This document shows positions 18,768-33,800 of a DNA stretch of 64,000 nt, piece by piece. Location of the stretch: positions 320,001 through 384,000 of the forward strand of contig CBDFLE010000006.1 in assembly GCA_965248925.1 (NCBI GenBank), read 5' to 3'. The stretch's first letter is position 1. Each line of letters begins with the position of its first letter. The notes under the pieces were generated by a model. The model was not told the origin of the DNA and made no database searches. It saw only the letters and a program-made list of their open reading frames with translations. The translations under genes and the position numbers were made by a program. The DNA comes from Candidatus Multivoradales bacterium. GTDB taxonomy: Bacteria > Acidobacteriota > Thermoanaerobaculia > Multivoradales > J023.

Positions 18768-18808
18768 TAACGGTCTCCTCTGTGAAAACCTTTCCTACCT
18801 GGAAGGCT

Positions 18809-21800
18809 TCATGGTGTAAATAAACGGTCCAAGATTTCGGCGAGCTGCGCTGCATGCTCGCCAAGCACGATCGATCTGTGGTCACCGTCGAGGGTGGTCA
18901 CCACCAACGGCCCGCCGATAACGCCCTTCCAGCCCAATTGCGCCGGTGGCCTCCCGTTACCCACCCGGAGACGGGCGCGCAGCAATTCGACTCGACCCCG
19001 GTACCGGGGAGGGCGATAACTTCGCGCCGCCCGTAAGTTGGCAAGTGCTACCCGATAGGGGCCCAGCAGACTCGCTCGATCACTTTCCAAACGGTTGGGG
19101 TCACGATCTTTGGCCAGCCGCCAGAGCTGGTCCAGAGGATCTCCAGAGCCATCCAATTGCAACTCGCCAAGGGGCAATCCGAGCTGCTCGGCCAGATGCT
19201 CCAACATCGACCCTTGCGGATCAGCGGACCGCCGCATCAGATTCGGTCGGTAGGTGTCAATCAGCACCAACTGACTGACTTTGCGCCGCCGCTGGCGCAA
19301 CAGCTCCGCCATTTCCAGGGCGATCAAGCCGCCCATCGACCAGCCAGCCAAGGCGTAGGGCCCCCGCGGCTGGATGGCCAAGATCGCCTCGAGATAAGTC
19401 GCCGCCATCTCTCGAACTTCCAGCAGCGGCTCGCACTCGCCGGTCAGACCGGCGCTCTGCAAGGCATAGACAGGCCGCTCAACCGTCAAGTGAGCCACCA
19501 GCTTGTCGTAAGCCAGAGCTAGCCCCTGGGCCTCGTGGACGAGGAAGATCGGCCGACCCCGACCGGTTTTGAGCGAGACCAGCGGCGTCGGCTTGTGCTC
19601 GCCGGAGAGGCGGAAAGAGCGGGCCAAGGCAGCCACCGTGCGATGCTTGAAAAGAGCCTGGATCGACAGCGAACGCCCGAGCCGTCGTTGGACCTCCGCG
19701 ACCCAACGAATGGCCAATAGGGAGTGCCCACCCAGGTCGAAAAAATCTCCGTCCCGGCTCAGCCCGCCGATGCCCAACAAGCGCTCGAAGATATTCGCCA
19801 GGGTCTGCTCCAAGGAACCTCGCGGCGCCTCGGCAGCGGGTTCGGTGGGGCGCAGTGATTGCACTTGGCGAGCGAGGCGCAGACGGTCGACCTTGCCATT
19901 GGCGGTCAGCGGGAACTCTTCGACCAGCCAGAACTTCGGCGGCACCATGTGAGCGGGCAGACGCTCGGCAAGGTAGGCGCGCAACTCTGTTTCCAACTGG
20001 TCGAGAGCCGTGGCTTGGACCCGTAAGTAGGCCACCAAGCGCGAGTCGCCAGCGACCTCTTCGACCTCCACCAACGCCTGGTGTACCTCCGGCCGAGCAC
20101 TGAGGACACTCTCGATTTCACCCACTTCAACCCGGAATCCTCGGATCTTGACCTGGCTGTCGAGCCGCCGCAGATAAGCCAGCTGACCGACCCTCGAAGA
20201 GACGGCCGAGCCGGGCTCCGGCGGCAACCAGCGGGCCAAGTCGCCGCTGCGGTACATCCGTGCCCCGCCACCCTCGACAAAGGGATCGGGGACGAACTTC
20301 GCGGCGGTCTGGCCGCTGCGCCGCAAATAGCCACGGGCTGGGCCGCGACCGGCGATGACCAACTCACCCGGCACTCCCAACGGCATCGGCAGCAGCTGTC
20401 GATCAAGGATGTAGATGCGCAAGTTGGCGATCGGCTCACCAATCGGTGGCGGCAGCTGGTCACCGGCCAACCAGCTGCTACTGTCCGCCGCGGCAGGCAG
20501 ATCGTGGGCGGTGACCACATGGGCCTCGGTCGGACCGTAGTGGTTGTGCAAAGTGCAGGACCGATGGGTGGAGAAAAACGCCGCCACATCCGGACTGATC
20601 TGTAGTGCTTCTCCAGCGGTGACAATTTGCCGCAGATCTCCCCCCTGACCTTGCCGCAGCAGGGTCCCCAACAGAGGGTCCAAAACCGAGAAGGGCAAGA
20701 AAAGACGCTCCACCCGCTGCTCGCCGATCCACCGCGCCAGAGCCTGCAAGTCCTGGCGGGTGCTCTGCTCCAGCAGCAGCAGCTCGCCACCGCAACTCAG
20801 GGTGACGAAAATCTCCTGAAAAGCGACGTCGAAGTTGAGCGAGGCAAACTGGGCGGTGCGCCAAGGCCGCGACAGCGAGGGGTGGCGCGCGTGCCAGTGC
20901 AACAAGTTGATCAGCGGTGCCTGCTGCATCACCACCCCTTTGGGGCGGCCGCTGGACCCCGAGGTGTAGAGCACATAGGCCGCCTGGTCAGCAGAGCAGA
21001 CCCACCGCGGCCGTCGGTGAGTCCCTTCCCCGGGCTGGTCGAGAGAGACGACGACCGGCCCACTCCCAGCCCGCTGCTCAAGCGGCAGCTCAGCGGCGGC
21101 TTGAGCACTGGCGAGAATCACTTCCAGGCCGGCATCCTCGAGCATGAAGGCCAGGCGATCAGCGGGATATTGAGGATCGAGGGGGAGATAGGCCGCACCA
21201 GCTTTGAGCACCGCCAGCACCGCGATGACCATCTGCGGTGAGCGCTCGACCGCCACCCCGATCAGGGTTTCCACTCCGACCCCGAGGCGGATCAGCTTGC
21301 CGGCCAAGCCGTTGGCCCGGCCATCGAGCTCGCCATAACTCAGCGTCGACTTGCGCCAGCGCAGGGCGACCCGATCCGGAGTGGCGGCAGCCTGCTCTTC
21401 GAACAGCCGCTGCACCCCCTCCCCAGCAGGGAATTCGCGGACCGTCTGATTGCAGACCTCAAGCACTTCGGCCCGCTCCCCGTCACTGAGCATCGGCAGC
21501 TCATCGGGCAAACTGGCCGGCGCCCGCAGCAGACCGCTCAGCAGGCGCAGCAGATGCTCCCCCAACCGCGCGACCATCGACCCTTCGCAGCGCCGCTGGT
21601 TCCAGGTCAGTCTGAATTGCAGCGTGGCGCCCATGCTGGCGCTGAGCAGCAGGGGATAGTGGGTCGGATCAGAGCCGGTGGTGGCGCCGAAAGTAAAGGG
21701 TAGAGAGCTCCCTTCAGCAGTCAAAGAAGCATCCACCGGATAATTCTCGAACACCATCAAGGTGTCGAAGAGAGGCACCCCACCGGGGAGAGAACTCTGC

Positions 21801-24800
21801 GCCTGAATCTCGTGTAGAGGCCAATATTGGCGGCCTTCACGGGCCAGCTGATGGTCGCGAAGCTGGTGCAAATGCCAGCCAAGGTCACGTCTCGGATCGA
21901 TGCGCAAACGCACCGGAACCGTATTAATAAACAGGCCGACCATGGTCTCCACACCGCTGATTTCGGCCGGCCGACCCGACACCGTGGTGCCGAACACCAC
22001 GTCGTCAGTGCTGCTGTAGCGAGCCAGCAAGAGGCCCCAAAGACCTTGGCAGACCAGATTGAAGGTCAGCCGTTGGCGGCGAACAAAACGCTCCAATTCC
22101 TCACCCTCGGCCGCTGGCAGGCTCAGCGTGAGAGTCTCCATGATCACCCCTGCGCCAACCTCCCCGGCCCCGCGCTCAGCATGCGCCGCCGGTAGCGGGG
22201 TGGGGGAGTCGAAGCCCAGCAAATAGTCCCGCCAGAACCGCTGATCGGCGCGGTGATCGCGGTTCTGGATCCAGCCGATGTAGTCGCGATAGGGCCTGAC
22301 CGGCGCCAGCTCTGCATTCCGGCCCTCCAACAGCGCCTGGTAGAGGGTCAAGATCTCCTGGAAGATCAGCGGCTTGGACCAACCATCCAACAGCAGATGA
22401 TGGTTGGTGAAGACCAAGACGTAGCGGCGCTGGGCCAGGCGGATCAAAGTCAAACGCAGCAGCGGCGCTCGCTCTAAGTCGATACCCCGAGCCCGATCGG
22501 CGGCCAGCCAGGCGGCCAATTCCTGCTCGTCCCGCGGCGCCTGATGCTCCGTCCCGTCGAGCAGAGTCCAGGGCAGGGGAACCTCGCCACTCACTGCTTG
22601 CAGGGGCTCTTGCTGGCCTCCCGCAATGATCGCCCCGCGCAGCGTGGCGTGGCGAGCGAAAACCTGCCGCCACGCCTGTTGCAGCATCGCCGGCTCGACC
22701 TCGCCCAACAGCTCGACACTCATCTGCACCAGATAAGCCGGACTAGAGCTTGCCAGCAGGCTGTGAAAAAACAAGCCCTGCTGCAGAGGGCTCAGCGGAA
22801 AGAGGTCCTCAAGTCCTGGTATCTGCTGCTCGATCTCCTCCAACCCGGCCTGACTGACCTCGGCCAGAGGGAAGTCGGCAGGGGTAAAGCCACCACTCTC
22901 CGGCAGCAGACAGTGGGCGATCAGCTGGCGCAAGGCAGCAGCAAAGCCCACGGCCAAACTTTGCATCGATGCCGGGTCAAAGCAGGGACCGTAGTAGAAA
23001 CTCATCTGCAGTCGCTCATCGATCACCATGCCGCTGATGTCGATCAAGTGCAACCGGCGACGCCGCGGATGCTGTTCTGGGCCGCGAGATTCCGCCGCTG
23101 GCCGCCACTCGCCGGCAGCGGTCTGAAAGCGCCCCAGGTAGTTGAACGACACCGCCGGTTGGGGCAGCTCCGCCAAAGCTGGCCCAGCCAGGGCGTGGAG
23201 GAACCGCAATGCGCCGTAGCCGAGACCCTTGTTGGGCACCGCCCGCAACTGCTCCTTGACCTTTTTGAGAGCCCGCCCGAGGTGGGTGGCACCCGCGTCA
23301 GCGGCACCCGCGTCAGCGTCCGCGTCAGCGTCCAGACGGAACGGAAAGACTGCCGTGAACCAACCACAAGTTGCCGCCAGATCCGGGCGCTCCCCCGCCA
23401 CCGCAAGCTCTTCCCGCCCATGCCCCTCCAGGCTGACCAGGAGATCGCCGCCCCGCCGCCCCGCCGCCCGCGCCCAACTGCCGAAGGCGCGAGCCAGGGC
23501 GCAGAGCAGCAGGTCGTTGATCTCAGTACGGTAGACCCTTGGCACTTCCGCCAGCAGCAGCCGCGTCTCCTCCGGCTCCAAAGACATGGTCACTCGCTGC
23601 GCCTGCGCCACCGTGCCAGCATCCGCCTTTACTCCGGCTGGCAAGAGCTCGAGCAGCCCCTCCGGCGACAACATCCGCTGCCAACTTTCGAGTTCTTGGC
23701 CCACCGACGCTTGCTCGGCGAAGCGTCGCAGGTGCAGCGCCCAGCCCTGATACGAAGTGGTCTTGAGCGGCCAGGCCGGCCGCCGGCCGGCGGCCAACGC
23801 CGCGTAAGCGGCTGGCAAGTCCTCGAGCAGGATCCGCCACGACACTCCGTCGACCGCCAAATGGTGAATCACCAACAACAGGCGAGCCGGTTGACCAGCA
23901 GCCCAACGGCAGAGAGCAGCACGCAGCAGAGGTGGCCGCGAGAGGTCAAAATCAGCCTGTACCTGCGCCGCCAGTCGGGCCAACTGCTGCTGCCGATCCC
24001 GCTCAGACAACCCCTGCAGGTCATAGACGGCGAGAACCTCAGAGGCGGGATCCACCTCGCCGTAGAACTGGTACCACCCGCCATCACGGTGCTCGAAGCG
24101 CAGTCGCAGAGCGTCGTGGTTCGAGACCAGCCCCCGCAGCGCACCAGCCAGGCAGGCAGTATCCAGAGTGGCGGGCACGACGAGCAGCACACTCTGGTTG
24201 TAATGCGAGTAGGGCCCCGGCTGAGTGAAGAAACGCTGCTGAATCGGCGTTAACTCCACCGCCCCCCGAGCCGGCCCTTGATCGATCTTGCGCCGGCCAT
24301 CATCGGTCGTGACCGGCCGCGCATGAGACGCCAGCAGGGCCACGGTCTGGTGCTGAAACAACTGCTGGGCGGTGACTACGAAACCTGCCTGACGGGCCCG
24401 TGACACCACTTGGATGGCGATGATGCTATCGCCGCCAATCTCGAAGAAATTGTCGTGAATCCCTACCGGCCGGCTATCATCACGACCCAACATCCGCCCC
24501 CAGATCTGGCACAGAGTGACCTCGGCGGGGGTGCACGGCGCGGCGTGGCCAGCCACCCCAGCGACGGCCAGCTCCGTCATGGAGTCGACCGCCGCTTGCT
24601 CGAGCAGGGCGCGGCGATCGACTTTGCCGCTGGCGGTCAGCGGCAGAGAGTCGAGGAAAATAGCCCGGCTGGGCAGCATGAACTCAGCCAGATCATCAGC
24701 CAAAAAGGCCCGCAATTCAGCGATTGGCCGCCTTGCTGTCACTGGCGTCAGGAAAGCGACCAACTGCCGTGAACGCCCCTGCTGGTGCAGCAGAACCAGC

Positions 24801-27800
24801 GCCCGATCGATCGTCGGATGCCGTTCGAGAGCGACCTCTATCTCCCCCAGCTCGATGCGATAGCCCCGCAGCTTGACCTGGAAGTCGATCCGGCCGAGGA
24901 AGTCGAGATCCCCATCCTCGCGCCAACGCACCAAATCACCGCTGCGATAGAGCCGGGCACCGCTTTCGGCAGCGGTGACAAAGGGGTCGGGAATAAACCG
25001 CTCGGCGCTCAGCCCCGGCCGACCGTGGTAGCCGCGAGCCACCCCGAGGCCACCGATTAACAGCTCGCCAGGAACCCCGACTGGGCACAGTTCGAGACCA
25101 CGACTCAGCACTCGCGCTCGGCAGCCGGCCAGCGGCCGGCCTAGGGGCAGATGGTCACCCCAAGCAGACTCGTCCTGGCTGCCAACCGGCGGATTCGCCG
25201 CCACCGCGAAGGTCAGCATGCCGACGGTGGCCTCGGTCGGCCCATAGTGGTTGAGCAGCCGCAAATCGGGCCGCAGAGCGCGCAGCTCTCGCACCCACGG
25301 GGAAGACGACGCTTCACCGCCGAGGATCAGCAGCCGCCGCGGCAAGATCCGCTCGGCCCGCTCGACACTGAGCAAGGCCCGCAAATGTGACGGCACCAGC
25401 TTGAGGCAATCCACCGGGTGGAGCTCCAGATAAGCGGCGAAGGCCTCCGGCTCGGCCAGGCGCTGCTCGGCGATGACATGCAGCCGTCCCCCCGAGATCA
25501 GAGCGCTCAGGGTCATGGTGATGCCGAGATCCACCGCCATCGTCGACACCAGCGCAAAGCAGGCCCCGGCCCCGAGTTCCATCCGCTCGCCGATCGCCCG
25601 CAGGTAGTTGTGGATCGCCCGCTGCGAGATCGTCACCCCTTTCGGCCGGCCGGTAGAGCCCGAGGTGTAGATCACATAGGCCGGATGGTCGGGAAGACTA
25701 AGCAGCGGCGGCGCACTACTTGGCTGCGCCGCCAAGTGCCGCTGTCGATCGAGGCAGATCAGCCGCTGCCCGGCGCCGGGTAGAAGCTCACGCAGGGCAC
25801 TGAGGGTGACCACCAGATCAGCCCCGGAGTCTTCCAACATGAAGCGCAAACGTGCCGCCGGGAAGTCCGCATCGAGGGGCAGGTAGGCACAGCCCGCCTC
25901 GAGGATGCCCAGGGTGGCGACAATCATCTCCAGACCACGCGGCATCAGCAGCGCCACCGGCCGTTCGCGAGTGACCCCCAGCTGTCGCAGTCGATGGGCC
26001 AACTGATAGGCCCGGCGAGCCAGTTCGGCATAGCTCAAGTGCTCGCCCTCGTAAACCACCGCCACTGCCTCACCCCGCTGCTCCACCGACTCGGCGAAGA
26101 GAGACTGCAAAAGGGCTGGCGCCGACCCGCGCCGGCTGCCACCCTCTCCTGCATGCAGCAACTGCGCCCGCTCGGCCGCTGCCAGTAGGGATAGATCGGC
26201 AACCCGCGCCGCCGGCTGGTCGGCGAAGCCACGCAGCAACTGGAGGTAGTGGCCGACCAGTCGTTCGATCATCGTCGGGGCGAATAGATCCGTGTTGTAG
26301 ACCAGACCACCGATCATCCCGCTGGCCGTTTCACCCATGTTCAGGGTGAGATCGAATTTGGCAACGGCGTGCGCTCGCCCCCAGGGGGTGACGGTGAGCC
26401 CCGGCAGCTCGACCTCCGTTTGCGGCGCGTTCTGCATCACGAACATCGCCTGGAACAAGGCCGAACGGCTAGTGTCGCGGGGCGGATTCAGCGCTTCGAC
26501 CAGCTTTTCGAAGGGCAGATCTTGGTGGGCGAAGGCACCAAGAGCGGTCTCCCTAGTCCTGGCGATGCGCTGCCCCACCGTGTCGTCGCCGACCCGCCGA
26601 TGGCGCAGCACCAGGGTGTTGACGAAGAAGCCAATCAGCGACTCGAGCTCGACAAAGCCGCGATTGGCCACCGGCGTCCCCAAGTTCACTTCCCGCACGC
26701 CGGCATAGCGCCCCAAAACCTCGGCGAAAACCGCCGACAGAAGCAGAAAAGGAGTGCTGCGAGTGTCTCGCGCCAATCGCTGTAAGGCCGCTGTCAACTC
26801 GGGATCGAGCTGGAAGTCGTGACGCGCGCCGCCGTGAGTACGCACCGCTGGCCGCGGCCCGATCGTCGGCAGATCGAGAGCTTGAGGCGCCCCCGCGAGC
26901 TGCTCCGACCAATAGTCCAACTGAGTTTGCAGAGCCTCGCCGCGCAGCCATTGGTGCTGCCAGATGGCGAAATCAGCATACTGAAGCGGCAGTCCGGCCA
27001 GCGGCGACTCGATTAACGCCTGCTCGGCTGGCGAGCTGAGCAATGCCGTATACAAGACTCGCAATTCACCGATCAAGAGGCTCATCGACCAACCGTCCGA
27101 GACGATGTGGTGCATGTTCACCAGCAGCAAGTGATCGCCCTCGGCGAGATGCAGCAGGGCAGCTCGGAAGAGCGGGCCGCATTCGAGATCGAAGAGCGAG
27201 AACGCGTCGCGGCGGCTCAGTCGCTCGGCCTCGGCCTGGGCATGGTCAGAGGCCAAGTGGGAAAGATCATGCAGCGGCAGGCTGAAAGGGCCTGGAGGAT
27301 CGATGATCTGTTGGGCCGCTCCATCTGTCTCCAGGAAGTGAGTGCGCAGGCTCTCGTGCCGGCGCACGATCTCGCCAAAAGTCGCGGCCAACGCCGCCAC
27401 CCGCAGCTCACCGCGCAGACGCAGCACACCGGGAACGTTGTAGGTCGCCGAGCCTCCCTCCAGCCGGTCGAGGATCCACAGCCGTTGCTGGGCAAATGAC
27501 AAAGGCAGCGGCCGCGAACGATCGGCCGGCCGCGGCGCGGCCAACGCGCCGCCCTGGTGCCGCAGAGTTAGCAGCAGCGCGGCCAGCTGGCGTACCGTCG
27601 GGCAGGCGAAAACCTGCCGCAGAGGCAGCTCGACGGCAAAGGTTTTGCGCACCGCGGCGGTCATCCGGGTCGCCGTCAGACTGTGGCCACCGAGGGCAAA
27701 GAAATCGGTCTCGACGCCTATTTCTTGCCCCTCCAGACCAAGAACTTCGGCCCAGATACCGCACAGCAGCTCCTCCTCGGTGGTTCGCGATAGCACCAAG

Positions 27801-30800
27801 GGGGCAGCGTCCCGAGCGACTTGCTGACTGAGCTGGGCGAGCACTGCGCGACGATCCACCTTGCCATTGGTGGTCAGCGGCAATTGATCGACAAAGACCA
27901 TCACCCGCGGCACCATGTAGTCAGGCAAACGCCGCCCCAGGAAATCGCTCAACTCGCTGACCGCGGGTCGCTCCGCCGCCGCCAGCAACGCCGCCAACAG
28001 CCGCGGGCCACTGGCCAAGGTCTCGATCACCACACAGGCATCACTGATTCGCTGATCGTCCAACAAGGCTGCCTCGATCTCTGCCAATTCGATCCTGAAG
28101 CCGCGGATCTTCACCTGCTGATCGATCCGGCCCCGAAATGCCAGATCGCCAGTGATCGACCAGGTCGCCAGATCACCCGTTCTATAGAGCCGCTCTCCGG
28201 GCTCCAGGGCGAAGGGATTGGGCACGAACTGCCGCGCGGTGAGCCCCGGGCGGCAGTGATAGCCCTGAGTCAGACTCTCCCCGGCCAGGCAGAGCTCCCC
28301 CGCCACCCGCGGTGGCAGCAGCCGCAAATTGCGATCCAACAAATAGACCCGCGTACCGTCGATCGGCCGGCCGATCGACGGTGGCCCGGTGCCAGTCGCC
28401 GATACTGTGCCAGCGGTCGCCACCACCGTGCTTTCGGTGGGTCCATAGGCATTGATCCAGCGAAACGGCAGCGCCTCGTCCGGCCGCCGCAGCAGTCGGT
28501 CGCCGCCGATCAACAGGTAGCGCAAGCTCTGTAGACGACTGAAACCCGCCGCCCGCGCCAGCGGTTCCACCAGCGGGGTGGGCAAGAAGACGGAGGTCAC
28601 CTGATGGCGAGCGAACAACCCCGGCAGCGAGTCCGGCCGCAGCAGATCGTCGCTCACCACCACCAAGGCGACGCCGGCACAGAGGTTGCTCCAGATCTCC
28701 CAGGTCGAAGCGTCAAAGGCCGGCCCGGCGATCAGCGTCGCTCGGGCCCCTGCTGCGACCGCAAAAGCGCGCTGGTGCCAGGCCACCAAACGGGCCAGAC
28801 CGTGGTGAGAAACCACCACCCCTTTGGGCCGACCGGTCGAGCCGGAGGTGTAGATCACATAAGCGTTGGCGCTGCTCGGCAGGCACCCATCGCCGCTACC
28901 CCGCTGCGTCCTCTGCGCCCTCTGCGCCCGCTCCCGCTCGATCTCAGGCCAAGCCCGATCGAGGAAGACCGGTAGCAGCGCCTCGGCTTCGTCCAGCACC
29001 GCAGCCGCCAGTCCGCCGCTGGTCAGCAGCACCTCGCAGCCGGCGTCTTGCAACATGAAGCGCAAGCGCTCCACCGGTGATTTTGGATCCAGCGGCACAT
29101 AGGCCGCCGCGGCTTTGACAATCCCCAGCAAGGCGATGATCAACTCGGTCGAACGCTCGAGGAGCACGGCGACACGGTCTCCGGGTGCTACCCCCAGGCC
29201 TTCCAGGTGGCGGGCCAGAAGGTCGCTACGCCGATCCAACTCGCCATAACTCAGCACCGCCCCGCCACAGACCACGGCAACAGCGTCCGGCCGGTGCTCG
29301 ACCTGCTGCCGGAAGAGGCCGTGGACCGGCAACGAGAAGCGCCACGGACTCGGCGGCGGATTGAAGTCCTCCAACACCTGGCGCCGCTCCGCCGCGCTCA
29401 GCATCGACAACTCATCGGGCAAACTGGCCGGCGCCCGCAGCAGACCGCTCAGCAGGCGCAGCAGATGCTCCCCCAACCGCGCGACCATCGACCCTTCGCA
29501 GCGCCGCTGGTTCCAGGTCAGTCTGAATTGCAGCGTGGCGCCCATGCTGGCGCTGAGCAGCAGGGGATAGTGGGTCGGATCAGAGCCGGTGGTGGCGCCG
29601 AAAGTAAAGGGTAGAGAGCTCCCTTCAGCAGTCAAAGAAGCATCCACCGGATAATTCTCGAACACCATCAAAGTGTCGAAGAGAGGCACCCCACCGGGGA
29701 GAGAACTCTGCGCCTGAATCTCGTGTAGAGGCCAATATTGGCGGCCTTCACGGGCCAGCTGATGGTCGCGAAGCTGGTGCAAATGCCAGCCAAGGTCACG
29801 TCTCGGATCGATGCGCAAACGCACCGGAACCGTATTAATAAACAGGCCGACCATGGTCTCGACACCGCTGATTTCGGCCGGCCGACCCGACACCGTGGTG
29901 CCGAACACCACGTCGTCGGTGCTGCTGTAGCGAGCCAGCAAGAGGCCCCAAAGACCTTGGCAGACCAGATTGAAGGTCAGCCGTTGGCGGCGAACAAAAC
30001 GCTCCAATTCCTCACCCTCGGCCGCTGGCAGGCTCAGCGTGAGAGTCTCCATGATCACCCCTGCGCCAACCTCCCCGGCCCCGCGCTCAGCATGCGCCGC
30101 CGGTAGCGGGGTGGGGGAGTCGAAGCCCAGCAAATAGTCCCGCCAGAACCGCTGATCGGCGCGGTGATCGCGGTTCTGGATCCAGCCGATGTAGTCGCGA
30201 TAGGGCCTGACCGGCGCCAGCTCTGCATTCCGGCCCTCCAACAGCGCCTGGTAGAGGGTCAAGATCTCCTGGAAGATCAGCGGCTTGGACCAACCATCCA
30301 ACAGCAGATGATGGTTGGTGAAGACCAAGACGTAGCGGCGCTGGGCCAGGCGGATCAAAGTCAAACGCAGCAGCGGCGCTCGCTCTAAATCGATACCCCG
30401 AGCCCGATCGGCGGCCAGCCAGGCGGCCAACTCCTGCTCGTCCCGCGGCGCCTGATGCTCCGTCCCGTCGAGCAGGGTCCAGGGCAGGGGAACCTCGCCA
30501 CTCACCGCTTGCAGGGGCTCTTGCTGGCCACCCGCGATGATCGCCCCGCGCAGCGTGGCGTGGCGAGCGAAAACCTGCCGCCACGCCTGTTGCAGCATCG
30601 CCGGCTCGACCTCGCCCAACAGCTCGACACTCATCTGCACCAGATAAGCCGGACTAGAACTTGCCAGCAGGCTGTGAAAAAGCAAGCCCTGCTGCAGCGG
30701 GCTCAGCGAAAAGAGATCCTCAAGTCCTGGTATCTGCTGCTCGATCTCCTCCAACCCGGCCTGACTGACCTCGGCCAGGGGGAAGTCGGCAGGGGTAAAG

Positions 30801-33800
30801 CCGCCACTCTCCGGCAACAGACAGTGGGCGATCAGCTGGCGCAAGGCAGCAGCAAAGCCCACGGCCAAACTTTGCATCGATGCCGGGTCAAAGCAGGGAC
30901 CGTAGTAGAAACTCATCTGCAGTCGCTCATCGATCACCATGCCGCTGATGTCGATCAAGTGCAACCGGCGACGCCGCGGATGCTGTTCTGGGCCGCGAGA
31001 TTCCGCCGCTGGCCGCCACTCGCCGGCAGCGGTCTGAAAGCGCCCCAGGTAGTTGAACGACACCGCCGGTTGGGGCAGCTCCGCCAAAGCCGGCCCAGCC
31101 TGGGCGTCGAAGAAACGCAATGCGCCGTAGCCGAGACCCTTGTTGGGCACCGACCGCAACTGCTCCTTGACCTTTTTGAGAGCCCGCCCGAGGTGGGTGG
31201 CACCCGCGTCAGCGGCACCCGCGTCAGCGTCCGCGTCAGCGTCCAGACGGAACGGAAAGACTGCCGTGAACCAACCACAAGTTGCCGCCAGATCCGGGCG
31301 CTCCCCCGCCACCGCAAGCTCTTCCCGCCCATGCCCCTCCAGGCTGACCAGGAGATCGCCGCCCCGCCGCCCCGCCGCCCGCGCCCAACTGCCGAAGGCG
31401 CGAGCCAGGGCGCAGAGCAGCAGGTCGTTGATCTCAGTACGGTAGACCCTTGGCACTTCCGCCAGCAGCAGCCGCGTCTCCTCCGGCTCCAAAGACATGG
31501 TCACTCGCTGCGCCTGCGCCACCGTGCCAGCATCCGCCTTTACTCCGGCTGGCAAGAGCTCGAGCAGCCCCTCCGGCGACAACATCCGCTGCCAACTTTC
31601 GAGTTCTTGGCCCACCGACGCTTGCTCGGCGAAGCGTCGCAGGTGCAGCGCCCAGCCCTGATACGAAGTGGTCTTGAGCGGCCAGGCCGGCCGCCGGCCG
31701 GCGGCCAACGCCGCGTAAGCGGCTGGCAAGTCCTCGAGCAGGATCCGCCACGACACTCCGTCGACCGCCAAATGGTGAATCACCAACAACAGGCGAGCCG
31801 GTTGACCAGCAGCCCAACGGCAGAGAGCAGCACGCAGCAGAGGTGGCCGCGAGAGGTCAAAATCAGCCTGTACCTGCGCCGCCAGTCGGGCCAACTGCTG
31901 CTGCCGATCCCGCTCAGACAACCCCTGCAGGTCATAGACGGCGAGAACCTCAGAGGCGGGATCCACCTCGCCGTAGAACTGGTACCACCCGCCATCACGG
32001 TGCTCGAAGCGCAGTCGCAGAGCGTCGTGGTTCGAGACCAGCCCCCGCAGCGCACCAGCCAGGCAGGCAGTATCCAGAGTGGCGGGCACGACGAGCAGCA
32101 CACTCTGGTTGTAATGCGAGTAGGGCCCCGGCTGAGTGAAGAAACGCTGCTGAATCGGCGTTAACTCCACCGCCCCCCGAGCCGGCCCTTGATCGATCTT
32201 GCGCCGGCCATCATCGGTCGTGACCGGCCGCGCATGAGACGCCAGCAGGGCCACGGTCTGGTGCTGAAACAACTGCTGGGCGGTGACTACGAAACCTGCC
32301 TGACGGGCCCGTGACACCACTTGGATGGCGATGATGCTATCGCCGCCAATCTCGAAGAAATTGTCGTGAATCCCTACCGGCCGGCTATCATCACGACCCA
32401 ACATCCGCCCCCAGATCTGGCACAGAGTGACCTCGGCGGGGGTGCACGGCGCGGCGTGGCCAGCCACCCCAGCGACGGCCAGCTCCGTCATGGAGTCGAC
32501 CGCCGCTTGCTCGAGCAGGGCGCGGCGATCGACTTTGCCGCTGGCGGTCAGCGGCAGAGAGTCGAGGAAAATAGCCCGGCTGGGCAGCATGAACTCAGCC
32601 AGATCATCAGCCAAAAAGGCCCGCAATTCAGCGATTGGCCGCCTTGCTGTCACTGGCGTCAGGAAAGCGACCAACTGCCGTGAACGCCCCTGCTGGTGCA
32701 GCAGAACCAGCGCCCGATCGATCGTCGGATGCCGTTCGAGAGCGACCTCTATCTCCCCCAGCTCGATGCGATAGCCCCGCAGCTTGACCTGGAAGTCGAT
32801 CCGGCCGAGGAAGTCGAGATCCCCATCCTCGCGCCAACGCACCAAATCACCGCTGCGATAGAGCCGGGCACCGCTTTCGGCAGCGGTGACAAAGGGGTCG
32901 GGAATAAACCGCTCGGCGCTCAGCCCCGGCCGACCGTGGTAGCCGCGAGCCACCCCGAGGCCACCGATTAACAGCTCGCCAGGAACCCCGACTGGGCACA
33001 GTTCGAGACCACGACTCAGCACTCGCGCTCGGCAGCCGGCCAGCGGCCGGCCTAGGGGCAGATGGTCACCCCAAGCAGACTCGTCCTGGCTGCCAACCGG
33101 CGGATTCGCCGCCACCGCGAAGGTCAGCATGCCGACGGTGGCCTCGGTCGGCCCATAGTGGTTGAGCAGCCGCAAATCGGGCCGCAGAGCGCGCAGCTCT
33201 CGCACCCACGGGGAAGACGACGCTTCACCGCCGAGGATCAGCAGCCGCCGCGGCAAGATCCGCTCGGCCCGCTCGACACTGAGCAAGGCCCGCAAATGTG
33301 ACGGCACCAGCTTGAGGCAATCCACCGGGTGGAGCTCCAGATAAGCGGCGAAGGCCTCCGGCTCGGCCAGGCGCTGCTCGGCGATGACATGCAGCCGTCC
33401 CCCCGAGATCAGAGCGCTCAGGGTCATGGTGATGCCGAGATCCACCGCCATCGTCGACACCAGCGCAAAGCAGGCCCCGGCCCCGAGTTCCATCCGCTCG
33501 CCGATCGCCCGCAGGTAGTTGTGGATCGCCCGCTGCGAGATCGTCACCCCTTTCGGCCGGCCGGTAGAGCCCGAGGTGTAGATCACATAGGCCGGATGGT
33601 CGGGAAGACTAAGCAGCGGCGGCGCACTACTTGGCTGCGCCGCCAAGTGCCGCTGTCGATCGAGGCAGATCAGCCGCTGCCCGGCGCCGGGTAGAAGCTC
33701 ACGCAGGGCACTGAGGGTGACCACCAGATCAGCCCCGGAGTCTTCCAACATGAAGCGCAAACGTGCCGCCGGGAAGTCCGCATCGAGGGGCAGGTAGGCA

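Noticed and set aside
23288-23332. Micro-repeats in the NRPS (DADADADAGAADAGA; also RAQRAQRTQR near 28900-28930 and DPAADPAAA near 50700)
   Set aside because: Short in-frame slippage duplications in probable surface loops; no evidence of separate function.
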